A DNA stretch of 32,179 nucleotides from Octopus bimaculoides. Lineage: Eukaryota. Both the position numbers and the translations under genes were made by a program. Below the pieces are notes generated by a model, which was not told the origin of the DNA, did no database searches, and saw only the letters and a list, made by a program, of their open reading frames with translations. Location of the stretch: NCBI RefSeq assembly GCF_001194135.2, contig NC_068991.1, forward strand, positions 51,975,203 to 52,007,381, written 5' to 3'. Each line of letters opens with the position of its first letter. Positions within the stretch are counted from its first letter, which is position 1. Shown here in pieces: positions 23,184-32,179 of this stretch.

Positions 23184-23436
23184 ACACTATGTAACACGAT
23201 TTTTGTCCTTGGGTAGTAACTGTTATTTCCTACTTCCTTACCCCTAAAAAGTATGAAAAATGGTTAATATTTCCTTCAAACTTTGTTTTTCTTACATTTA
23301 TACAAACCCCAAAGAATCCTTCTCAACACATGGCTATGATGCTCCCCCACAACTCCTGCTCATGATCAGAGATGCACATATTGTCAGCCACTAAGGGATA
23401 TGCTCAAGTGGTTATGGTCAAGCAACTGACATGCAA
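23184..23436 (+). mobile_element. Possible terminal fragment of a DNA transposon (Tc1/mariner-like end)
   Basis: Starts next to a TA with acactatgtaacacgatttttgtccttgggtagtaactgttatttcc, which resembles a transposon terminal repeat I recall. No second terminus or transposase in the window; recall only. Confidence 0.3.
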
Positions 23437-23504
23437 GTAAAATGAATCCAAAAGTGGCGAACTAGCATGAACTCTTAGATCTTTTTTATTACTTTATCTA
23501 TTAA

Positions 23505-23723
23505 GGCAGCGAAATGACTAAGTCGTTACCGTCCCGTGCAGAATGCTAAGCAGCATTTCGTCTGTCTTTACGTTCTGAGTTTAAATTCTGCTGAGGTCGA
23601 CTTTGCCTTTCATCTGTTTTAGGGTCGATAAAATAAACACCAGTAAAGCACTGGGGTCGATATAATTGAATTAACCTCTTTCCCGAAATTGTTGGCCTTG
23701 TACTAAAATTTGAACCCGATATT
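23505..23723 (+). mobile_element. Family A SINE with TSD
   Basis: Full head/body/tail; TSD tattactttat at 23487-23497 and 23720-23730. Confidence 0.9.
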
Positions 23724-23767
23724 ACTTTATTCAACCTGTAACATACGTGCTATTTATGTCATATGAA

Positions 23768-23982
23768 GGCGGCGAGCTGGCAGAATCGTTAGCATGTGGG
23801 CAAAATATTTAGCGGCATTCCGTCCGTCTTTACGTTCTGAGTTCAAATGTCACCGAGGTCGACTTTACCTTTCATCCTTTCGGGGTTAATAAAATAAGTA
23901 CCAGTTGAACAGTGGGGTCGATGCAATCGACTTAACCCTCCCTTGAAACTGCTGGCTTTGTACCAAATTTGAAACCAATATT
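23768..23982 (+). mobile_element. Family A SINE with TSD
   Basis: Full element; TSD tatttatgtcat (23751-23762) and tatttacgtcat (23979-23990), one CpG-type mismatch. Confidence 0.93.
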
Positions 23983-24469
23983 TACGTCATGCAAACTTGC
24001 TTGAAACATTGTTGACGATGCGTATACTGAACACCAAGAATACATTATCAGTGAAGACCAGTTCAAACAGTTTCAGAAATTTTCGCAGGGGTTAAATACA
24101 TGCATATGAGAGCTATTATTTGCCTGAACCAGGGTGGTTTACAAATAAAGTCACTAATAATCAAGACACGACCCATGAAAAAGAAATAGTGAAAACAAAA
24201 GCATTAACGTGATTTGGTTTGAGGAAATATTGGATTTGATTCAATGGTAAAACTACCTCGAATATTAGATCGCGTAGAATTCCATGTGAAAATGTTGTTG
24301 TAAGTGGAAGAGTAGTAGCGGACTCTAAAGGGAGAAAGCGATCCGACAAGGTTGAACTTGAGTAGATACTTGTCAAATTTATGATAAAGTTTCGGATCTC
24401 AAGTAACATATCAAGTCTATGGATAGGTTTTCACAATGACAAGTCATGTTCCGGCATTTAGTTCATTTT

Positions 24470-24588
24470 TCATGCGCGTGTGTGTGTGTGTGTGCGCGGT
24501 TGGGGGTTGAGTGGGTGTATTTGTGTGTGTGTATGCATATCTACCTTTATAAATATATATACATACATACATGCAAACATGTATGTAT

Positions 24589-24620
<32 letters not shown>

Positions 24621-24681
24621 ATATATGTATGTATATATACATACATGCAATTATGTATGTATACGAACGTACACACACACA

Positions 24682-24735
<54 letters not shown>
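24470..24735. repeat. Compound (TG)/(TA)/(CA) microsatellite
   Basis: Direct reading. Confidence 0.94.
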
Positions 24736-24736
<1 letters not shown>

Positions 24737-24791
24737 AGACATCTATGTGTTGCTAGCGTAAGATTCTATTACTTGTAATATTTTCCTACTT

Positions 24792-25006
24792 AGCGAGCTG
24801 GCAGAATCGTTACCGCGCCATTACAAAAATATTTAGTAGCCTTTCGTCCATCCTTATGTTCTGGGTTTAAATTCCACCGAGGTCGACTTTACCTTTCATC
24901 CTTTCGGGGTCAATAAAGCAAGTACCAGTTGAGCGCTGGGTCTATGTAATCGACTTTCCCTTTACTCGAAATTGATGGCCTTGTGCTAAAATTTGAAACT
25001 AATATT
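24792..25006 (+). mobile_element. Family A SINE with TSD
   Basis: Slightly 5'-clipped; TSD taatattttcctactt (24776-24791) and taatatttttctactt (25000-25015). Confidence 0.92.
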
Positions 25007-25435
25007 TTTCTACTTTTATGGTAAGTTTGCGATTCAGTTTCGATTAGGATTGAAGCCATTTTACAGACGCCGAATTCGAGGAAAGTTATATATGTAACTG
25101 TATATAATAGCGATATCATATACATATGAGTGTGAAGAAACTGAAACGATCGAAGTGCCTGATACCAACATTGAGATTAGTGGTTCGTATGCTTCCACCG
25201 TCATTTCCTTCCGATTGTCACTGAGACAGTTTACTCAACATAGCCCAGTTCATCCATGCAAACGGTATGAGTTCATCGTTGACTTGCTGAGTGTTCAGTC
25301 TTGTCGACAATGGTAAAAACTCTTGAAATAGCACACGTCCTTTTCAAAGAGATATTTATGATTTACTTAAAACCTCATTGACTGGAAACGTGTGTATATT
25401 TCTAGCACATTAAATGTCTACGTTAGTGGTCAACG

Positions 25436-25470
<35 letters not shown>

Positions 25471-25475
<5 letters not shown>

Positions 25476-25684
25476 TTTTATTTGTTTCAGTCATTTGACT
25501 ACGGCCATGCTGGAGCATCGCTTTTAGTCGAACAAATAGACCCCAGGACTTATTCTTTGTAAGCCTAGTACTTATTCTATCGGTGTATTTTGCCGAATTG
25601 CTAAGTTACGGGGACGTAAACACACCAACATCGGTTGTCAAGCTACACACAAACATACACAAGCGACACACACAAATATGTATG

Positions 25685-25721
<37 letters not shown>

Positions 25722-25881
25722 GACGGCTTCTTTCAGTTTACGTCTATCAATCCACTCACAAGGCTTTGGTCGGCTCGAGGCTATAGTAGAAGACATTTGC
25801 TCAGGGTACCACGCAGTAGGACTGAACCTAGAACCATGTGGTTGGTAAGCAAGCTACTTACCATACAGCCACGCCTGCGCC
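25471..25881 (-). mobile_element. Family B SINE, full length with short internal (TA)/(TATG)n
   Basis: Reverse complement starts GGCGCAGGCGTGGCTGTATGGTAAGTAGCTTGC, B-box GGTTCAGTCC, CORE-like GTGGTACCCTGAGCAAATGTCTT, ends GTCAAATGACTGAAACAAATAAAAGAATA into (TA)n. Confidence 0.92.
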
Positions 25882-25905
25882 AGCACGCCGGGCGAAATGC
25901 TTAGC
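25882..25905 (+). mobile_element. 24-nt family A head fragment abutting the family B 5' end
   Basis: agcacgccgggcgaaatgcttagc; its first 23 nt are identical to the head of the copy at 31858. Confidence 0.7.
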
Positions 25906-26342
25906 AACAATCATACAAATGAAATTTCTATGAGACATCAAATAGAAATTTGGTGTAATTCTATTCTAAATGCTATATCTACGAATATTCGGAGTTGAAA
26001 TATAGGTTTTTGACCAACCAAAGAATTTTACTGTTTCCGTGCGCTGACTCTAAATACCTCCCCTCCTTTTCTGGCAACTATTTTCAGGTTTATTTTCATC
26101 TAACATATACATCTATTTTGAAGGCAGTATGATGAAATTAGATTTCGGTGTTATTTCTAACGAGTCGATCAATTGCGTGGATGTTCTTTCGGTATTTACA
26201 AGGTTAGGGAGAATAGTGACAAAAATTTATTTTTAAATGTTACCACAGTAAACCATATTTCAGTTTACAATGACTGAAGCAGCCATGCAATTATTTCACT
26301 AAAATGAAAACGTTTGAGGCCTGTGTGCGTGTGCGTGTGCGT

Positions 26343-26376
<34 letters not shown>

Positions 26377-27014
26377 ATTTTCGGTCCAAGGATTGTTATT
26401 TGTGAAGTTCCACTCGACATCTTTCTCTTGGCTGTTTTATTACTTACTGAATTCCGCTCTCTATTAGATATTGCAGCTCATCTCTGTTTTGCCGGAACAG
26501 ACATATTTTATATTGAAATCATGCTTTTATCGTAAATCAACAAATGTTTGATGGAAATATTGATATATGAATTGGACTTTCATGGACAGAAAGGAAATAA
26601 GGTATCGAATAACGTGTTCAGGATAAAAATTATCAGTTGTTGAAACTTTGTATTCGACAGCAAATACAGAAATCACAATTGTACAAGCAGTCGGTTACGA
26701 AGGAATTTGTCGATCCCAGACTGGAATAATGTAATAAGAGTAGTTAAACAGAAATAATAAACCATAAATGAAAGAACTGAGCGAAATATAGAGCTTGTGC
26801 ACACACAAAGATATAAAGAACATTAATGTTTCGATGGGGAAAAGAAAAACAATACAACGAATAGAACAATATTTTCTGCTCACTGCTGTCGTTGATAGAA
26901 ACTCAATATCTAAAACGAATGGAAATGATGATGGTGGAGAACGGTTAAGAGACTTGCAGCTTCTACACCAGATCGTCTCACCTTTCAACAAACATACCAA
27001 CGAGGGAGTTTCTT

Positions 27015-27140
27015 AAGTAGTGGCTTGACCTGCTAAAAAATCAGCCAAATCTCCCTTCAGTTTCAGCATATAAAAATGTAAAGACATATTGGATAATATA
27101 ATCATGGATATGCATAGAGACGGAATGAGTCTGCTCATTT
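27015..27140 (+). mobile_element. Degenerate family D fragment
   Basis: ttgacctgctaaaaaatcagccaaatctccct...aagacatattggataatata...gagacggaatg..gtctgctc parallels 10685-10810. Confidence 0.4.
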
Positions 27141-27146
27141 AACATA

Positions 27147-27291
27147 GGCGGAAGCGTGGCTATGTGGTAAGAAGCTTACTTCTCAACCACGTGGTTCTGG
27201 GTTCAGTCCCATTGCGTGTCTCCGATTATAACCCCGGGCTGACCAAAGCCTTGTGAGTGAATTTGGTAAACGGAAACTGAAAGAAGCCTGT

Positions 27292-27293
<2 letters not shown>
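27147..27293 (+). mobile_element. Family B SINE 5' half with CORE deletion, running into (TA)n and a gap
   Basis: GGCGGAAGCGTGGCTATGTGGTAAGAAGC...GGTTCAGTCCC...GAAACTGAAAGAAGCCTGTCG; lacks ~16 nt (GCACCTTGGGCAAGTG). Confidence 0.88.
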
Positions 27294-27329
<36 letters not shown>

Positions 27330-27770
27330 NNNNNNNNNNNNNNNNNNNNNNNNNNNNNNNNNNNNNNNNNNNNNNNNNNNNNNNNNNNNNNNNNNNNNNN
27401 NNNNNNNNNNNNNNNNNNNNNNNNNNNNNNNNNNNNNNNNNNNNNNNNNNNNNNNNNNNNNNNNNNNNNNNNNNNNNNNNNNNNNNNNNNNNNNNNNNNN
27501 NNNNNNNNNNNNNNNNNNNNNNNNNNNNNNNNNNNNNNNNNNNNNNNNNNNNNNNNNNNNNNNNNNNNNNNNNNNNNNNNNNNNNNNNNNNNNNNNNNNN
27601 NNNNNNNNNNNNNNNNNNNNNNNNNNNNNNNNNNNNNNNNNNNNNNNNNNNNNNNNNNNNNNNNNNNNNNNNNNNNNNNNNNNNNNNNNNNNNNNNNNNN
27701 NNNNNNNNNNNNNNNNNNNNNNNNNNNNNNNNNNNNNNNNNNNNNNNNNNNNNNNNNNNNNNNNNNNNNN
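27330..27770. other. Assembly gap (N) between (TA)n and (GA)n
   Basis: Direct reading. Confidence 0.98.
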
Positions 27771-27827
<57 letters not shown>

Positions 27828-27948
27828 CATCTTTCTCTCTCAATATACCTATATTTATATATATGTGTATGTATGAATGTGTCTATCTACCTATACATAC
27901 ATACATATATGCATACATACATACATACATATATACAAACATACATAC

Positions 27949-29100
27949 CAAATTTGCATACATGAGGCTGATAACATCATAAGACTTGAAAGGCAGCTCT
28001 TTGAGCAACACCCTTTGTCTAACAATCTAGAATACATGCCCAAAGAAATTGCACGACTCTACCGCAACGTATCATCAGATGAAAGGATAAACCTATATGA
28101 GCAGAAGACTATGCATAGATATGTTAGTAGAAAGCTCCGTGATGATAGTAACATCGATCATCAAAGCAGTTTATCATGGACTAATAGCCGGATTACGACC
28201 TCCCACTTTGAAGGGTATGCGTTTGAAATCCAGGAACAGGGAGTATCAACCAAGTACCTGATGAACAAAAGGGATAGCGATGCAGGAAAAGCCGTAAAAT
28301 GCGACAACCGATGCAGACTTTGTGGAGTTCACATTGAAGATATCACCCACATCATAATCAGTTGTCCCAAATGTCATCACGGTATTATCTACCGATGAGA
28401 CACGACGTTGTAGCTAGGACATTCTATAATGAAATCCGCCGGAAGGATAATCCCGAGGACAAAGAAACAAGAACCTACAATATGGTAGAAGCCATATCCA
28501 CCAATAATAAAAAAGAATACAGGTAGAATGTACCTGTGAAGACCTCAATAAAATGTGAGCACAACAGACCTGATATGATGATTTGAGATAGAGAAAAGAA
28601 ATTGTGCACAGTTGTGGAAATTAGCTGCCTAGCAGATGTTAACATAAAGCTGAAGATCGGTGAAAAATAGAACGCCTATGCTCAACTATTGAGAAATCTG
28701 CAGTTATTCTATCTAGATTGCAAGATCAGGTTTATACCTGTAATTATTGGGCCCTGGGATATGTAACACACTTTTCAAAACTAGAAAGGAGAAAGCTAAT
28801 TCGAAGACTACAGATCCAATCCATCGCTGGAGATGTAAAACTTTGCAAAACTTTCCAGAAGTTTATCATTTAAAGATATATGAGCATGTCTAGATATGCA
28901 TGAGAATACATACATAAAACATACAAATCTGCACATACATACAGACAGACAGACAGACAGACAAAAATACCCTGTTGTTGATGTTGAAATTCCAATGAAG
29001 GGGCCTTAGATCTAGGTTAGAAACCGGTTCTTTCTCTATTGGCAAGAAATCTTGAAATAAACTGAATACATACATACATACATACATACATACATGCATA
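27949..29100 (+). mobile_element. 5'-truncated R4/Dong-like non-LTR retrotransposon: ORF C-terminus with CCHC knuckle and restriction-like endonuclease (stop 28871-28873), 3' UTR, (TACA)n tail
   Basis: FEGYAFEIQEQGVSTKY, CRLCGVHIEDITHIIISC (C-x2-C-x8-H-x4-C), frameshift near 28371, RHDVVA, NVPVKTSIKCEHNRPDMMI..DREKKLCTVVEISC..D.NI..K..EK (PD-(D/E)xK-type), FIPVIIG(ALGYV). Several stops, so inactive. Confidence 0.85.
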
Positions 29101-29169
29101 CATGTATCAGCTGTTTTTGAGGAAATACAACCACTGGAGTTTTATTTGTAAAATAGTGAGATGAGGTTC

Positions 29170-29345
29170 TTAATGTTGCTCAACGTCAAGGCAGCCGTAA
29201 TCAAACAGAACTATGATCATGAGTAATCCAGCTGTGACCATCTCGTTTTAATTTTTTTTTTTTTTTTCAGGCATAAAATATTTGAAACTATATCATCCGA
29301 ATTCTCTCTTCTTCATTTTGTAAGACAGTATGGTGGAAGTTATGC
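29170..29345 (-). mobile_element. Family D fragment
   Basis: cagccgtaatcaaacagaactatgatcatgagtaatccagctgtgaccatctcgtttt matches the reverse complement of 10760-10830. Confidence 0.5.
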
Positions 29346-29419
29346 ATGTAGCAGTTTACTTTTAACGACGGTTATAGAGATTCATATCGGCAAATTTGTA
29401 AATAGATGAATGACAGTGT

Positions 29420-29705
29420 TGTTGCTGTTATTTTTGTTGTTGTTGTTGTTGATGTTGATGATGATGAGGAGGAGGAGGAGGAGAATAGTGGTGATGGTGT
29501 TGACAATAACAGAGCCACCAACTTTGAAATTGTTTTTTGTATTTGATTGAGATGAAGTCAGTGGTGCTGCTGATAGTTTGGTTCTTTGAGGGTCTGGAGA
29601 ATGTGCGCAATGATAACATTTGTGTTGTTATTCCTCTCCAGCTTCTATTAGAGGGTACGGTAATGGTGGTGGTGGTGGTGGTGGTGGTGGTGGCGATGGC
29701 GATGT
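29420..29705. repeat. Trinucleotide low-complexity tract (GTT, GAT, GAG, GTG)
   Basis: Direct reading. Confidence 0.85.
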
Positions 29706-30913
29706 CACTGTTATTGTTGGTAGTAAAAGTAGATGTAGCTCCCCTATGTCTGCTTCGGACCCGAACTAAAATTGTTTAGTTAGTTTTTGGTAAATTGATA
29801 GGGCGAAATATGGAGTTGACCTAGTGGTCAGTGTTATCAACGAAAGATCAAACTGACAAGATATGTCTCAGAAGCAGCGAGTGGCTGACTACAAGAACGG
29901 ACGCCCACGGTGATATTAGAATCAGTATGTTAAAGGAGAAAAAGGAAAATAAATAAATAAATAAATAAATAGAAAACGATGGAATGCTTTTGTTGATTAA
30001 AGCAACAGATTACAGGATTATGGGGCAGAGGTGGGAGTTTAAGAATATTTGGGCCAGCAAAGAAGATGATCACTTTTGAAAAGATGACATGAAGGTAAGA
30101 TATGCTGAAAAAAGACACGAGAAGGAAGAATAAGTTAAAGAAAGTGGGTGGATGGGGTAGAAAGTAATGAAAGTATGAGTGAGTCTCTGGACGGAGATGT
30201 GTGTGCGTGAGAGAGGAGAGGAGAAAGTGAAAGGATAAACAGATAAACAAGAAAAACAGAAAATTAGAAAGATATGTTGTCTACGTATGGATAAGAGGAG
30301 AGAGAGAGAAAGAGCGATAGGTTAGATAGATAGAGGGATTAATTAATGCAAAGAATGCGAATGTCACATGCTGGAAAAAAGAAAAAGAATTTTGAGAGTA
30401 GAGGAGCGGGGAGCGAGTGCTCTGATTTACGGAATTCAATGAATACAAGAGAAAAACTTGAGAAAATAATTCTAATTTTTCAATAAAATTTTCTTAGTTC
30501 TTCAATAAGCTATATTTATGCATAGGTGATATAAAATCTGTCTGATGACAATGCTCACATTTACATTTTAATGACATGTAGGAAATATAATTTACTACTG
30601 CCACCGTCAAATTCACAAACAATTGTTTTCTGTGAAGGTTTAGTTCCAAATTTTTCCGTTATAAATGCTGCATGCGATACACCAGACTCACATCGGGAAT
30701 CAGAAATAACCGTAGGTTCTAAAGAACTTAAAATTTAGAAATAGATTCCTGGATATTATTCTATAATTGACCCCACTGCTATATTTTCACAAATGCGCAC
30801 AACACATATAGCTATGCATTTCCAAAATGGTATGTAAAAAAAAAAAAAAGACAACGAATTTAACTGACACTCCAATACGAGCAGACTACAGATCTAATCT
30901 AAAAACACAGAAA

Positions 30914-31129
30914 AATCGGTTTCAAATTTTGGCACAAGGCCAGCAATTTTGGTGGAGATGATAAGTCAATAACATTGACCTCGGTGCTCAGCTGGTACTT
31001 ATTTTACTATACCCCAAAGGAGGAAAGGCAAAGTCAACCTCGGCGAAATTTGAACTCAGAACGTAAAAACGGACGAAATGCCGCTAAGCATTTTCCCCAG
31101 TGTACTAACGATTCTGCCAGCTCACCACC
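30914..31129 (-). mobile_element. Family A SINE, full length (second degenerate head at ~31145-31185)
   Basis: ggtttcaaattttggcacaaggccagc...aaatttgaactcagaacg...gattctgccagctcacc is the reverse complement of the family pattern. Confidence 0.9.
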
Positions 31130-31609
31130 AAATAAATATTGCAACGCATTTTGTCCCACACTCTAACGACTCTACTAATTTATCACTCATAAATATTGTT
31201 TACTAAATTTATCGCAAAATCGTAGAGGAAGGAAGAGCAATTCCCACGACGCTTTCGGAGCCTTTCATACTAACTTGAATGCTTCTAACACAGAATATTT
31301 TACTAAAGAGCACCAGGAGCCAAGTGTTGGTGTTTAAACCAAGCAAGGAATTAAATATAACACCTCAAATCTGTGACCTGAAGCCAAGTTTCTAAACTAA
31401 AGAACAACTGCGAAGTGTTAGAAACGGAATAATGAATTTTATTTTTTTACAGAGTTGTAATCTCTGTCGGCATTGACTTTGTATCTCGTCCATGTGGGCC
31501 ACGATGTAATATTTACTGAAAAGGAAAATACTTAAATATACTGGAACGATTCAACTGACTACACCTCAATCCAAGATAATTTGCAATGTGATCACTTGAC
31601 CGACTAGAC

Positions 31610-31834
31610 TAATCATCGATGGTCGCAATGCGCTTCGCATCGTTTTAGCCTTCGAATGACGCCAACCCGCTGGCTAGGCGAGCCGGCTAACATTTCTCCC
31701 TGATTGAAAGGGGGATTGGAGTAACATGAAATGAAATGATTAGCTCAAGAACACCACTCGTTACCCGGTCTGGGAATCGAACCCACGATTCTAACGATCG
31801 TGAGTACAACACCCTAACCACTAAGTCACGTACC
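31610..31834 (-). mobile_element. Family E tRNA-derived SINE
   Basis: Reverse complement GGTACGTGACTTAGTGGTTAGGG (A-box), GGTTCGATTCCC (B-box, 31772-31783), then GTGTTCTTGAGCTAATCATTT resembling the CORE/V-type CCTTGAGCAAG motif and a GC-rich tail. Confidence 0.75.
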
Positions 31835-31857
31835 TTCGTAATTTGTATTGTATCAAA

Positions 31858-32132
31858 GGCGGCGAGCTGGTAGAAACGTTAGCACGCCGGGCGAAATGCT
31901 TAGTGGTATTTCGTCTGTCTTTACGTTCTGAGTTCAAATTCCGCGGAGGTCGATAAACTAAGTACCAGTTACGCACTGGAGTCGATGTAACCGACTTAAT
32001 CCCTTTGTCTGTCCTTGTCTGTCCCCTCTATGTTTAGCCTCTTGTGGGCAATAAAGAAATAAGAAACGTTAGAACACGGGCGAAATGCTTAGCAGTATTT
32101 CATTTGTCTTTACGTTCTGAGTTCAAATTCCG
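31858..32132 (+). mobile_element. Family A variant with internal deletion, alternative 3' tail and a second partial unit (~32062-32132)
   Basis: Normal head; body lacks CTTTGCC...GGGGTCGA; tail ccctttgtctgtccttgtctgtcccctctatgtttagcctcttgtgggcaataaagaaat; restarts at gaaacgttag and breaks off after the B-box. Confidence 0.88.
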
Positions 32133-32179
32133 GATCTATTTTAAAACGGGGGCGCCAGTATTTTCTTAACGAAACACTA

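Noticed and set aside
25200-25360. Minus frame KGRVLFQEFLPLSTRLNTQQVNDEL, faintly mariner-transposase-like
   Set aside because: No catalytic motifs (HDNARPH, YSPDLAP) recoverable; similarity too weak.
26695-27035. Overlapping 101-aa (-) and 73-aa (+) ORFs and a 32-nt exon-like segment
   Set aside because: The acceptor lies in a family D repeat and neither ORF has supporting splice sites or motifs.
31772-31834. tRNA-like sequence as a functional tRNA gene
   Set aside because: No acceptor-stem closure and it continues into a SINE body; counted as a SINE head. The same applies to 5778-5836.

Overview
AT-rich eukaryotic genomic DNA, about 7% N in six gaps, dense in (CA)n/(TA)n/(TACA)n/(GA)n microsatellites and tRNA-derived SINEs. 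The repeat families match what I recall from Octopus, so coleoid cephalopod origin is an inference, not a database result. No bacterial-type features, rRNA, intact tRNA or CRISPR array were seen. Contents: (1) about 15 copies or fragments of one tRNA-headed SINE ('family A'), four insertion events with readable target-site duplications (TSDs); (2) four copies of a CORE-type SINE ('family B') whose two halves enclose a variable microsatellite; (3) rarer SINE-like families (D with an AAC tail, E, and a tRNA-Ser(GCT)-headed element); (4) three decayed LINEs: a Tx1/L1-like ORF1 5' end joined to a family A head, an RTE-clade RT fragment, and the 3' end of an R4/Dong-like RLE element between (CATA)n tracts; (5) candidate exons of an unidentified minus-strand gene, the best being a 459-nt stop-free phase 1-1 exon (15163-15621) with a furin-like RKVRR site. 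Most ORFs in the supplied track are microsatellite or N-gap artefacts. The best leads are possible target-specific retrotransposons, microsatellite-carrying SINEs, and the orphan, possibly secreted, protein with exons bracketed by inverted SINE pairs. Family letters are my own labels.
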